Source of the DNA: Acidobacteriota bacterium
GTDB taxonomy: Bacteria; Acidobacteriota; Vicinamibacteria; Marinacidobacterales; Marinacidobacteraceae
Assembly: GCA_022826825.1 (NCBI GenBank)
Contig: JAJDUD010000024.1
Location: forward strand, 163,084-227,083
Length of the DNA: 64,000 nt
Direction: 5' to 3'
The translations under genes and the position numbers were made by a program. Positions within the stretch are counted from its first letter, which is position 1, and each line of letters opens with the position of its first letter. A model generated the notes under the pieces. It saw only the letters and a list, made by a program, of their open reading frames with translations. It had not been told where the DNA came from and made no database searches. This document shows positions 17,839-27,695 of this stretch, one piece after another.

Positions 17839-19131
17839 GTGCGATGGACACGAGACTTGGCGCAGACGGTACGGGCGGCCCCGGAGCGCCTCTTCCCGGA
17901 GGCGGAGGCGCCCGGGCCGCCCGCTCCCGCGGCGTTCGAGGCGGAACTGGCGGCGTTCGACCGGTTCGGGAAACGGACCCGGATCGTTCCCTTTCCCGAC
18001 CGGGGCACCGAGCTTCCGGTGTACGTCAACGAGTTCTGGACCTCGAAACAGCGGGCGGCCCATTCGCTCCACGAGATCTCCTACCGCGCCTGCTTCAAGC
18101 CGCAGTTGCCGCGGTTTTTCATCACCCGGCTGACCCGGCCCGACGAGCTCGTCCACGACCCGTTCATGGGTCGGGGCACCACCCCGCTCGAAGCTGCCCT
18201 GCTCGGCCGCCGCGCGGTCGGTTCCGACCTCAACCCGCTGAGCGTGCGGCTTCTGGCGCCCCGTTTCGACCCGCCGGAACTCGTGGAGGTGGAGAGGCGC
18301 CTGGCATCGTTCGATCTGGAGCGCTCCCGGGTGCTGCCGGAGGATCTGCTGGCCTTCTACCACCCGGCCACCCTCCGGCGGATCGTCAACCTCCGGGAAG
18401 AGCTGCGGCGCCGCCGGACCGGGGGATCGCTGGACGGGGTGGACCGCTGGATCCAGATGGTGGCGACCAACCGGCTCACCGGGCACTCGCCGGGGTTCTT
18501 TTCGGTGTACACGCTCCCCCCCAACCAGGCGGCGTCGGTCCGGTCGCAGCGCCGGATCAACGAGCGCCGGAACCAGGCGCCGCCGGAGCGGGACGTCCGG
18601 GCGCTCATCCTCCGGAAGACCCGCTCGCTGCTGGCCCGTCTGGGACCCGGCGACCGGGCGCGGCTCTCGGGCGCCGGCGCCCGGTTGCTCACCGCCTCCG
18701 CCGACCGGACTCCGGCGATCGCCGGCGGGAGCGTGCGGCTCGTCGTGACTTCGCCGCCCTTTCTCGACGTGGTGAACTACCGGGCCGACAACTGGCTGCG
18801 GTGCTGGTTCAACGGGGTGGATGGGGATAAGGTGGCGCTGTGGCACTGGACGCGCGCGGCCGACTGGCAGGAGGCCATGACGCGGGTCTTTCGGGAGTTG
18901 CACCGGGTCCTGGTTCCCTCCGGGCTCGTGGCGTTCGAGGTGGGAGAAGTGCGGAGCGGACGCCTGCTGCTGGAGACCCTCGTCGTGCCGGCGGCCCGGG
19001 ACGCGGGCCTCGAGCCGCGCCTCGTGCTGGTGAACGACCAGCGGTTCACCAAGACCTCCAACTGCTGGGGCGTGGACAACCGGCGGAAGGGCACCAACAC
19101 GAACCGCGTCGTGCTGCTGCAGAAGTCCTGA
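17839..19131 (+). CDS. site-specific DNA methyltransferase (N4-C/N6-A type), no cognate nuclease seen
   Basis: 430 aa. AdoMet motif I DPFMGRGTT at about residue 105 and catalytic motif IV TSPPF at about residue 305. SPPF is the variant commoner in N4-cytosine enzymes. Confidence 0.8.
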   Translation: MRWTRDLAQTVRAAPERLFPEAEAPGPPAPAAFEAELAAFDRFGKRTRIVPFPDRGTELPVYVNEFWTSKQRAAHSLHEISYRACFKPQLPRFFITRLTRPDELVHDPFMGRGTTPLEAALLGRRAVGSDLNPLSVRLLAPRFDPPELVEVERRLASFDLERSRVLPEDLLAFYHPATLRRIVNLREELRRRRTGGSLDGVDRWIQMVATNRLTGHSPGFFSVYTLPPNQAASVRSQRRINERRNQAPPERDVRALILRKTRSLLARLGPGDRARLSGAGARLLTASADRTPAIAGGSVRLVVTSPPFLDVVNYRADNWLRCWFNGVDGDKVALWHWTRAADWQEAMTRVFRELHRVLVPSGLVAFEVGEVRSGRLLLETLVVPAARDAGLEPRLVLVNDQRFTKTSNCWGVDNRRKGTNTNRVVLLQKS

Positions 19132-19147
19132 GGGGACGGGGCGGCGC

Positions 19148-22051
19148 ATGAGAGGCGCCTCGCTGGTTCGGAACTGCCTGACCGGTCTCGTGCTCCTGGC
19201 CCCGTCCGCCGGGAGCGCGGAGGAACCCCGGGAGACGGCGCGGCGGGTCCTGGCCGGACTGGACCTCGAGGCGAAGGTGGGTCAGGTGCTGATGCCGCGG
19301 GCCCCGGCGGAGTTCACGAACGCGGCCGATCCCGAGCGCCGCGAGCTGCTCGCGATGGCCGCGGCAGGCCGGTTGGGCGGGGTGGTCGTGTTCGCGGGGA
19401 GTCCCGAGGGAACCCGCGAGATCACCACGGCGCTCCAGGAGGCGGCGCCGCTCCCGGTGCTGGTGGCCGCCGACTACGAGTGGGGCACTCCCATGCGCAC
19501 GGCGCGCGGCACCCGGTTCCCCTCGGCCATGCAGGCGGCGGCGGCGCCCGACCCCGCCGCCCTCGAGCGGCAGGGCAGGATCGTGGCCCGGGAGGCGCGG
19601 GCGGTGGGGGTCCACCTGGTGCTGGCGCCCGTTCTGGATGTCCTGCAGAGCGCCGCGAGCGCGGTGATCGGGACGCGTTCGTTCGGCGCTGATCCGGATC
19701 TCGCGGCCGAGCTCGGGGTCGCGTTCCTGCGCGGCGTCGAGGCCGGAGGGGCGCTGTCCACCGCCAAGCACTTTCCCGGACACGGCGGCACCGGGACGGA
19801 TTCCCATCACGGGCTCGCCCTCGTGCCCGCCGGCCGGGAGCACCTGGAGGCGGTGGATCTCGCTCCGTTCCGGGCGGCGGTGGAAGCGGGGGTCTCGGCG
19901 GTCATGCCCGGGCATCTGGCGGTGCCGGCGCTCGACGGCCGCGACGACCGGCCCGCCGTTCTCTCGCCGGAGATCCTCGACGGCGTGCTCCGGTCGGAGA
20001 TGGGCTTCGCCGGACTCGTGGTGAGTGACGCCCTCGAGATGGAGGGGGCGCGCGCCGGGCGCTTCGACGGCGAGGTCGCGGCGCTGGCGCTCGGGGCGGG
20101 GGTGGACGTGATCCTCGTGCCCCGGGACCCGGTGGTGGCGCACGGGGCGCTCGTCCGCGCGGTGCGCGCGGGCCGGCTCGAGGAGGCACGCCTCGACGAG
20201 GCGGTCCTCAGGATTCTGGAAGCGAAGGCGCGCCTCGGCCTCTTCGACGACCGCGCTCCCCCGGAGCCGCTCGCGGAGGCGTTCGGCGATCCGGCCGCCC
20301 GCGACTTCGCGGAGTCGCTCTTCGCCCGCGGGTTGACCCTGGTGCGCGACCCGGAGGGACTCGTCCCCTGGTCCACGCGCATCACCGGCGGCGCCTCGGG
20401 CCGGTCCGCCGGGACCCCCGCCTTTCTCCTCGTCGAGATCCATCAGGAAGGTCCCTACGAGCCGGACCGCCGTTTCTTCCGGGGCGCGCTCCGCCGGCGC
20501 GGGGCGCTGGCCGCGAGGATTCCCACGACGTACCACGGGGCGCTGCCCTTGGGGCGGTTCGCGCGGGAGGCGGCGCGGGCCGACGCGGTGGTGATCGCCG
20601 ATTTCCGGAGAAACGGCCTCGCGATGCCCGAGGAGTTGCTGAACGCGGTCACCCCCTTCGCGGAGAAGTTGCTCGCCGTTTCCTTCGGCAATCCGCACGG
20701 GGTCCGGAATGCGCCCCCGGAGGCGGCGATCCTGCTCGCCTGGGACGGGGCCCGGCGGAACCAGGAGGCGGCAGCGGCGGCGCTCTTCGGGGAGAGCGCC
20801 CTCGAAGGGCGCCTGCCGGTCCCGCTCGAGGGGCAGCCCGCCGGAGCGGGCATTTCCAGGCAGGCGGAGCGGCAAGGGCTCCGCCCCGTCGAACCCGGGG
20901 AGGTCGGCATGAGTCCCGAAGGCGTCGAGAACATCCGCGCGGTGATCGAGGATGCGATCGCGAACCGCGTGACGCCGGGAGCGAGCGCGCTCGTGGTGCA
21001 CCGGGGCAGGGTGCTGCTCCAGGAGGGCTTCGGCCGGCTGACCTACGACGAGGACGCGCCCGCGGTGACCCCGGAGACGATCTACGACCTCGCGTCGCTG
21101 ACCAAGGTGGTCGGCACCACGACGCTCGTGATGATGCTCGTGGAAGAGGGCGCCCTCGACATCTCGCTGCCGGTGAGCGCCTACCTCCCGGAGTTCCTCG
21201 ACCGGGCGCCGTCGGAGGAGGAGCGCCGCCGGCGGGCCGGCGTGACGGTCACCGACCTGCTCGCCCACAGCTCCGGGCTCCCGGCGTGGATCCAGTTCTA
21301 CCTCGAGTTCGATCCCGAAGCGCGGGGCCTGCCGCTCGCTGACGCGCGCCGGATGGTCTTCGACCGGATCCTGGGGGCGGCGTCCGACTACGAACCGCGG
21401 ACGGACACCGTGTATTCGGACAACGGCATCCTGCTGCTCGGGGAGATCATCGAGCGGGTCTCCGGCAAGCCGCTCGACGTCCTCGCCGAGGAGCGAATCT
21501 TCGAACCGCTGGGCATGACCACCACCCGGTACCGTCCGCCGCCGGAATGGCTCGACCGCATCGCGCCGACCGAGGACAACCCGTGGCGCGGCCGGGTGGT
21601 CCGGGGGCAGGTGCACGACGAGAACACCGTCGTCCTGGGTGAAGTGGCGGCCCACGCGGGTCTCTTCAGCACCACCGGCGATCTCGGGGTCTTCCTCCAG
21701 ATGCTCCTGAACGGGGGATCCATGAACGGCGTGCGCCTGCTCCGCGCCGGCACGATCGCCCGGTTCACGAAACGCGCGGGGCTCGTCCCGGGCAGCAGCC
21801 GGGCGCTCGGCTGGGACACGCCGTCCCGCACGTCGTCCGGCGGCCCCTCGTCCGCGGGCGACCGTTTCTCCGCCTCGTCCTTCGGGCACACGGGGTTCAC
21901 CGGCACCTCGATCTGGGTGGATCCGGAACGCGAGCTCTTCGCGGTGCTGCTCACGAACCGGGTCTATCCGACGCGGGAGAATGACGGGATCTTCCGGCTC
22001 CGGCCGGCGTTTCACGACGCGGTGACGGAGGCGCTGGCCGACGGTCGCTGA
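19148..22051 (+). CDS. glycoside hydrolase family 3 (NagZ-like beta-N-acetylhexosaminidase) fused to a beta-lactamase-fold serine hydrolase
   Basis: 967 aa with a signal-like N-terminus. GH3 motif AKHFPGHGGT. C-terminal half has S-x-x-K (ASLTK), Y-x-N (YSDNG) and HTGFTG motifs. Confidence 0.8.
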   Translation: MRGASLVRNCLTGLVLLAPSAGSAEEPRETARRVLAGLDLEAKVGQVLMPRAPAEFTNAADPERRELLAMAAAGRLGGVVVFAGSPEGTREITTALQEAAPLPVLVAADYEWGTPMRTARGTRFPSAMQAAAAPDPAALERQGRIVAREARAVGVHLVLAPVLDVLQSAASAVIGTRSFGADPDLAAELGVAFLRGVEAGGALSTAKHFPGHGGTGTDSHHGLALVPAGREHLEAVDLAPFRAAVEAGVSAVMPGHLAVPALDGRDDRPAVLSPEILDGVLRSEMGFAGLVVSDALEMEGARAGRFDGEVAALALGAGVDVILVPRDPVVAHGALVRAVRAGRLEEARLDEAVLRILEAKARLGLFDDRAPPEPLAEAFGDPAARDFAESLFARGLTLVRDPEGLVPWSTRITGGASGRSAGTPAFLLVEIHQEGPYEPDRRFFRGALRRRGALAARIPTTYHGALPLGRFAREAARADAVVIADFRRNGLAMPEELLNAVTPFAEKLLAVSFGNPHGVRNAPPEAAILLAWDGARRNQEAAAAALFGESALEGRLPVPLEGQPAGAGISRQAERQGLRPVEPGEVGMSPEGVENIRAVIEDAIANRVTPGASALVVHRGRVLLQEGFGRLTYDEDAPAVTPETIYDLASLTKVVGTTTLVMMLVEEGALDISLPVSAYLPEFLDRAPSEEERRRRAGVTVTDLLAHSSGLPAWIQFYLEFDPEARGLPLADARRMVFDRILGAASDYEPRTDTVYSDNGILLLGEIIERVSGKPLDVLAEERIFEPLGMTTTRYRPPPEWLDRIAPTEDNPWRGRVVRGQVHDENTVVLGEVAAHAGLFSTTGDLGVFLQMLLNGGSMNGVRLLRAGTIARFTKRAGLVPGSSRALGWDTPSRTSSGGPSSAGDRFSASSFGHTGFTGTSIWVDPERELFAVLLTNRVYPTRENDGIFRLRPAFHDAVTEALADGR

Positions 22052-22143
22052 CCGCCGGCAGTTCCCATACACTCACTCGACACGGCAACGCGAGCCGGCC
22101 CCGCCCCTCCCATCCGGCGGGGGACGGCTCCGGGGAGGGAGAC

Positions 22144-23289
22144 ATGGAGATGAAGACGCTGACGAACCTGGTGGTATGCGTCGGGCTGGCGGTCGCCGCC
22201 GGCTGCGGGCCGCCGGGAGACACGACGAGCGGGACGATGGACTCCGACCCGCAAGGCGGGGGCGCCGCGACGCCCGTGGCGGATCCGACCTGGCCCCGGC
22301 TTCCCGACGACTGGCTGATCGGGGAAGTCGGCGGGATCGCGGTGGACCTCGACGACAACATCTGGCTCGTCCATCGCCCGCGCAGCCTGAACGCCGACGA
22401 GACCGGACTCATGCAGGACCCGCCGGTCTCCGCGTGTTGCAACGCGGCGCCGCCGGTGCTCAAGTTCGACACCGACGGGAACCTGCTCGACAGTTGGGGC
22501 GACGCGAACGGCTACCAGGGCGAGGGCTACGAGTGGCCCGAGACCGAGCACGGGATCTTCGTGGACCACCTGGGCTACGTGTGGTTCGCGGGCAACGGCC
22601 CGGACGACCACCAGGTGCTGAAGTTCAGCGGCGACGGCACGTTCGTGATGCAGATCGGGCAGGCGGGCCGCACCGAGGGCAGCAACAGCACCGAGTTCCT
22701 CGGACAGCCCGCGGACCTCGAAGTGGATCCGGAGACCAACGAGCTCTACATCGCCGACGGGTACCTGAACAAGCGGATCATCGTCTTCGACGCCGAGACC
22801 GGCGAATACCTCCGCCACTGGGGCGCCTACGGCAACGAGCCCTCGGACGAGGACACCGGCGCGTTCGAGCCCGGAATCGAGCCGATCCAGCAGTTCCGGA
22901 CCCCGGTGCACGCGGTGCGGATCGCGAACGACGGGATGGTGTACGTGGCCGACCGGGTGAACAACCGGATCCAGGTGTTCCAAAAGGACGGGACCTACGT
23001 GGACGAGATGCTCGTCGAGGGCAACACGCTCGGGGCCGGCTCCACCTGGGACCTCGAGCTGTCGCCGGACGACGGGCAGTCGGACCTCTACAACGCGGAC
23101 GGAACGAACCAGCGGATCCACATCATCGATCGGGCCGCGCTGGAGGTCGAGAGCTACTTCGGACGCCGCGGGCGCTATTCCGGACAGTTCCACTGGGTCC
23201 ACAACGTCGTGGTGGACTCCATGGGCAACTTCTACACCGCCGAGGTGAACACCGGCCGCCGGGCGCAGAAGTTCGCGGTGGGCCGGTAG
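22144..23289 (+). CDS. NHL-repeat beta-propeller lipoprotein, peptidyl-alpha-hydroxyglycine alpha-amidating lyase-like (paralog 1)
   Basis: 381 aa. Lipobox LAVAAGC. LYIADGYLNKRIIVFDAETGEYLRHWG and YVADRVNNRIQVF NHL-type blades. Confidence 0.75.
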   Translation: MEMKTLTNLVVCVGLAVAAGCGPPGDTTSGTMDSDPQGGGAATPVADPTWPRLPDDWLIGEVGGIAVDLDDNIWLVHRPRSLNADETGLMQDPPVSACCNAAPPVLKFDTDGNLLDSWGDANGYQGEGYEWPETEHGIFVDHLGYVWFAGNGPDDHQVLKFSGDGTFVMQIGQAGRTEGSNSTEFLGQPADLEVDPETNELYIADGYLNKRIIVFDAETGEYLRHWGAYGNEPSDEDTGAFEPGIEPIQQFRTPVHAVRIANDGMVYVADRVNNRIQVFQKDGTYVDEMLVEGNTLGAGSTWDLELSPDDGQSDLYNADGTNQRIHIIDRAALEVESYFGRRGRYSGQFHWVHNVVVDSMGNFYTAEVNTGRRAQKFAVGR

Positions 23290-23299
23290 CGCCGTCCTC

Positions 23300-23656
23300 C
23301 AGGCCGGCGCCACCACAACGCTCGCCCGAAGCGCGCACGGCAGTGGAGCGCCGGTCTCTGACCGGCATCGCCCGCGTAGCGGGCGAAACTCCCGGGCTTT
23401 CTTTCGCCGCATGGCGCCCCCGTCAAAGGGAATGGCGCGACGACAAAGGCGCGCGCGTACTCCGCTTTCGCCGTCTTCGTTTCGAGTCCCCGCAATGTGG
23501 CGCGATGGCGCCGGGAGTTTCGCGGCCTGCGGCCGCGATGCCGGTCTGAAGACCGGCGCTCCTGGTCTGAAGACCGGCGCTCCTGTTGCCTCGGCGTTTT
23601 CATGCCTGGCGGGGTACGCAGGAGGACGTGCGCATGGGCGTTTCTCCCGGTGGGGG
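23300..23656. repeat. Composite MITE/REP-like cluster (module D, family B copy in opposite orientation to the 8.5 kb copy, module C reverse)
   Basis: Family B at 23345-23584, with a duplicated right end (TGGTCTGAAGACCGGCGCTCC twice). Its interior is the reverse complement of 8506-8724. Module C (reverse complement) at 23596-23656. Confidence 0.8.
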
Positions 23657-23837
23657 CCTCCGGCCGGCAGCGCGGCCGCGGGCCGCGAAACAGGCGGCGC
23701 ACCCGGCCTGACGGGTCGCGCTTCCGGGCGCCGTGCGGTTTTGCCGCGGGCGGAGGTTCCCGTACACTCATTCGGTTCGGCGCCGCACCGGCGCCGGGAA
23801 CCGATCCTTGTCGGGGTTGCGACTCCGGGAGAAAGCA

Positions 23838-24998
23838 ATGAAGACCGAGAATCCGACTCTCCTGCTGATGGTTCTGGGGATGGCGTTCGCCGTCGGCTGT
23901 CAGGCCCCGGGCGAACGGACCAGCGGGGCGCCGCTCGCGGACCCGCACCTCGAGCACGCCGAGGCGCCCGAGGTGGATCCCCACTGGCCCATGCTTCCCG
24001 AGGACTGGCTGATGGGCGAGGTCGCCGGAATCGCGGTGGACATGAACGACCACATCTGGCTGGTCCAGCGTCCCCGGAGCCTGAATGCCGACGAAGCCGG
24101 CCTGGTGCAGGATCCGCCGCTCTCCGCGTGCTGCATTCCGGCGCCCCCAGTGCTCAAGTTCGACGCCGAGGGGAACCTGCTCGACAGTTGGGGAGACCAG
24201 AACGGGTATCCGGGTGAGGGCTACGAGTGGCCCGCGAGCGAGCACGGCATCTTCGTGGACCACCTGGGCTACGTATGGATCGCCGGCAACGGACCCGACG
24301 ACCACCAGGTCCTCAAGTTCAGCGGCGACGGCACCTTCGTGATGCAGATCGGACAGGCGGGCCGCACCGAGGGAAGCAACAACACGGAGTTCCTCGGCCG
24401 TCCCGCGGACATGGAAGTGGACCCCGAGACCAACGAGCTCTATATCGCCGACGGGTATCTCAACAAGCGGATCATCGTCTTCAACGCCGAGACCGGCGAG
24501 TACCTGCGCCACTGGGGCGCCTACGGAAACGAACCGTCCGACGAGGACACGGGTCCGTTCGTTCCCGGCTCGGAGCCCATCCAGCACTTCCGGACGCCCG
24601 TCCACGCGGTGCGGATCGCGAGGGACGGGATGGTGTACGTGGCCGACCGGGTGAACAACCGGATCCAGGTGTTCGAAAAGGACGGGACCTACGTGAGCGA
24701 GATGATCGTCGAGGGCAACAGCCTCGGCAACGGCTCGACCTGGGACCTCGAACTCTCGCCGGACGAAGGTCAGGTGGACCTCTACAACGCCGACGGCCAG
24801 AACCAGCGGATCCACATCATCAACCGGGCCGCCATGGAGGTCGAGACCTATTTCGGCCGCCGCGGACGCAACGCGGGCCAGTTCCACTGGGTCCACAACG
24901 TCGTCGTGGACTCCATGGGCAACTTCTACACGGCGGAGGTGAACCAGGGACGCCGGGCGCAGAAGTTCGTCGTGGACCACACGGGTCACCTCCACTGA
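23838..24998 (+). CDS. NHL-repeat beta-propeller lipoprotein, amidating-lyase-like (paralog 2)
   Basis: The ATG at 23838 inside track ORF 23733..24998 gives MKTENPTLLLMVLGMAFAVGC (lipobox). It is colinear with and highly similar to 22144..23289. Confidence 0.75.
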   Translation: MKTENPTLLLMVLGMAFAVGCQAPGERTSGAPLADPHLEHAEAPEVDPHWPMLPEDWLMGEVAGIAVDMNDHIWLVQRPRSLNADEAGLVQDPPLSACCIPAPPVLKFDAEGNLLDSWGDQNGYPGEGYEWPASEHGIFVDHLGYVWIAGNGPDDHQVLKFSGDGTFVMQIGQAGRTEGSNNTEFLGRPADMEVDPETNELYIADGYLNKRIIVFNAETGEYLRHWGAYGNEPSDEDTGPFVPGSEPIQHFRTPVHAVRIARDGMVYVADRVNNRIQVFEKDGTYVSEMIVEGNSLGNGSTWDLELSPDEGQVDLYNADGQNQRIHIINRAAMEVETYFGRRGRNAGQFHWVHNVVVDSMGNFYTAEVNQGRRAQKFVVDHTGHLH

Positions 24999-25113
24999 TC
25001 CCGGACGCGCACCCCAGTCACTGACCACGAAACCGGATTCCGGGAATCCCGGCGCCTCGCGCGGGCGCCGGGCTCCCGCCGGGCGCGGAGTCGGGCGAGG
25101 GGCTGATCGAAGC

Positions 25114-26457
25114 ATGCCGAAGCGCACCCGCGGCGTGGCCGCCCTCCTGGCTCTCTCCTTCCTCGCGGTGACCGCGGCGCCCCGTCCGGCGGCGCCGCAC
25201 GACATCCCCGACGAGATCCGGATTCCCGTGTTCGTGCGGGAGACCGACGGGGAACTGCACCTGGTCGCCCGGGTGCCGCTGCTCCTGCTGCTCTCGCTGA
25301 ACGTCCCCAAGTGGGGCGCCGGCTATCTCGACTTCGAGCGCGCGGAGCCGGTGCTCCGCCGGGCGGGGGAGGTCTTCGCTTCGGAAGCGCCGCTCTTCCA
25401 CCCGGACGGCACGCCGCTGCCGGCCACGCTCGAAGCCTTCCGGGTCGCGTTGCCGTGGGACCGCTCCTTCACCGGCTTCGACGCGGCGCGGGACAAGGTG
25501 CTCGCGGACCCCTTGCCGGCCGACACCCAGGTCTTCTGGAACCAGGGCTTCCTCGACTTCTATCTGACCTATCCGGCCCCTGCCGAGGGGAGCGTCGCGA
25601 TCGAATGCAACGTCGCGCCGGGCTTCGGTGACCGCGTGGCGCTGGACGTCCTCTACGAGCGCCGGGGCGAGGGCGGCGAGGAGTGGAAGAGCAACCTCTA
25701 CCACATCAGCATCCGGGAGGGCCGGGTGGCGCTCGACCCGTCACCCTTCCAGGCGTTCTTCGTGTTCGGGCGTTCGGGCGTCGAGCACATCCTCACCGGT
25801 TGGGACCACCTCCTGTTCCTGATCTGTCTCATTGCTCCCTTCGGGCAGCTCTCCCGGATCAAGCACCTGCTGATCATGGTGACGGGATTCACGGTGGCCC
25901 ACTCCGTGACCCTGGTGAGCGCGGCGCTCGGCCACGCGCCCGAGGCGCTGTGGTTCGTTCCCCTCGTCGAGGGCGTGGTGGCGCTCTCGATCCTCTACAC
26001 CGCCATCGAGAACCTCATTTCGGCGAGCGTCGTCCGCCGCGCCGTCCTGGCCTTCGTCTTCGGGCTCTTCCACGGCTTCGGTTTCGCGTTCGCCCTCGGT
26101 GAGTCGCTCGCCTTCGCCGGCGACCACCTGCCGCTCGCGCTGTTCTCCTTCAACCTGGGGGTGGAGGCGGGGCAGGCCGCGGTGGTGCTTGCCGCGATCC
26201 CGGTCCTGCAGCTCCTCTCGGGCACCGACCGGTCCCGGTTCGCGGTGAGCGCGGTGCTCTCGGTGGTCGGGGGCCACGCGGCGTGGCACCTGCTCGCGTC
26301 CCGCTTCTCCGAACTCTCCCGCGCCTGGGCGCTCTCCGGCGGAGCGCCGCCCTCGTGGTCGTGGCTGCTGTGGCCCCTCGCGCTCGCCGGGGCCGCCGGT
26401 TGGGTGGTGTTGATGATGAGGCGACGCCGGGCGGCGGAGACCCGGCGCTCCGCCTGA
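25114..26457 (+). CDS. HupE/UreJ family membrane protein with N-terminal periplasmic domain
   Basis: 447 aa. Signal peptide, then HILTGWDHLLF, FTVAHSVTL, LFHGFGFA and FNLGVEAGQ motifs typical of HupE/UreJ. Confidence 0.7.
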   Translation: MPKRTRGVAALLALSFLAVTAAPRPAAPHDIPDEIRIPVFVRETDGELHLVARVPLLLLLSLNVPKWGAGYLDFERAEPVLRRAGEVFASEAPLFHPDGTPLPATLEAFRVALPWDRSFTGFDAARDKVLADPLPADTQVFWNQGFLDFYLTYPAPAEGSVAIECNVAPGFGDRVALDVLYERRGEGGEEWKSNLYHISIREGRVALDPSPFQAFFVFGRSGVEHILTGWDHLLFLICLIAPFGQLSRIKHLLIMVTGFTVAHSVTLVSAALGHAPEALWFVPLVEGVVALSILYTAIENLISASVVRRAVLAFVFGLFHGFGFAFALGESLAFAGDHLPLALFSFNLGVEAGQAAVVLAAIPVLQLLSGTDRSRFAVSAVLSVVGGHAAWHLLASRFSELSRAWALSGGAPPSWSWLLWPLALAGAAGWVVLMMRRRRAAETRRSA

Positions 26458-26599
26458 ACCCGGCGTTCCCGGCGGGCGGCGCCGGCACGGCTGCCGGCCG
26501 AGCGGCGCGGCCGCATGTCGCGGCAGCCGGGCCCGCGGGGAAGCGGCGGGAATCGAATGCCGCGGCGGTTTCCCTACACGCTGCTAGGATGCGGCGCCG

Positions 26600-27682
26600 A
26601 TGAGTCCGCCGCCCGTTTCCGCCCCGACCACTCCCATCGCGATCGAGCGGGTCGCGGAGTCCCGGCTTCCGGAGGTGGACCTCGCGAACGTCGCCTTCGG
26701 CCGGGTCTACAGCGACCACATGCTGTCCGCACGCTGCTGCGACGGGGTCTGGGAGGACCCGCGGATCGTTCCGTTCGGCGACCTCGCGCTGCACCCCGCG
26801 ACCGCGGTCCTGCATTACGCCCAGGCGATCTTCGAAGGGATGAAGGCGCACCTCACCGACGAGGGAGTCCCGGTGCTCTTCCGGCCCGAGCGGAACTGGC
26901 GGCGGATGAACCGGTCGGCGCGGCGGATGGTGATGGCGGAGATTCCGGAGGAGATCTTCCTGGGTGGAATCCGCGAACTCGTCCGGCTGGACCGGGACTG
27001 GATCCCCCCCAACCAGTTCGGCTCGCTCTACATCCGCCCCTTCCTGTTCGCCGCCGATCCCTACATCGGGGTGAGTCCCTCCCGCGAGTACCGCTTCTAC
27101 GTCATGACCGCCCCGGTCGGGGCCTACTACGAGGGCTCGGTGAACCTCTACGTGACCCGGAAGTGGATCCGGGCCGCGGAAGGGGGCATCGGTGAGGCGA
27201 AGGCGGCGGGGAACTATTCGGCCAGCTACTACGGGATGAAGGAAGCCCGGGAGCACGGCTGCGACAACGTCCTGTGGCTCGACTCGAAGGAACACCGGTT
27301 CATCGAGGAGTGCGGCACGATGAACATGATGTTCGTCATCGGCGACCGGGTGGTGACCCCGCCGCTCGGCGGGACGATCCTGCCGGGCGTGACCCGCGAC
27401 AGCGCGATCCACCTGCTCCGCGACCAGATGGGGACGGGAGTGGACGAGCGGCCGGTCTCCATCGAAGAAGTGGCCGAAGCGTCGGCGGCCGGGAACCTCC
27501 GCGAGTGCTTCGGGGTGGGGACCGCCGCGGTGGTGACCCCGGTGGCGCGGCTCACCGGGGGCGGCGTCGAGATCCGCCTGCCGGAGGCGACGCCGGTTCA
27601 GGACGAACTGCGCGAGCGGCTGACCGGCATCCGTCTGGGGCGGAGTCCTGATCCCTACGGCTGGGTCGACCGGCTCCTCTGA
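26600..27682 (+). CDS. ilvE: branched-chain amino acid aminotransferase
   Basis: 360 aa. Fold-type IV PLP enzyme features (YIRPF, EAKAAGNY, GTILPGVTR). Confidence 0.85.
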   Translation: MSPPPVSAPTTPIAIERVAESRLPEVDLANVAFGRVYSDHMLSARCCDGVWEDPRIVPFGDLALHPATAVLHYAQAIFEGMKAHLTDEGVPVLFRPERNWRRMNRSARRMVMAEIPEEIFLGGIRELVRLDRDWIPPNQFGSLYIRPFLFAADPYIGVSPSREYRFYVMTAPVGAYYEGSVNLYVTRKWIRAAEGGIGEAKAAGNYSASYYGMKEAREHGCDNVLWLDSKEHRFIEECGTMNMMFVIGDRVVTPPLGGTILPGVTRDSAIHLLRDQMGTGVDERPVSIEEVAEASAAGNLRECFGVGTAAVVTPVARLTGGGVEIRLPEATPVQDELRERLTGIRLGRSPDPYGWVDRLL

Positions 27683-27695
27683 CCGTCCGAAGAGT

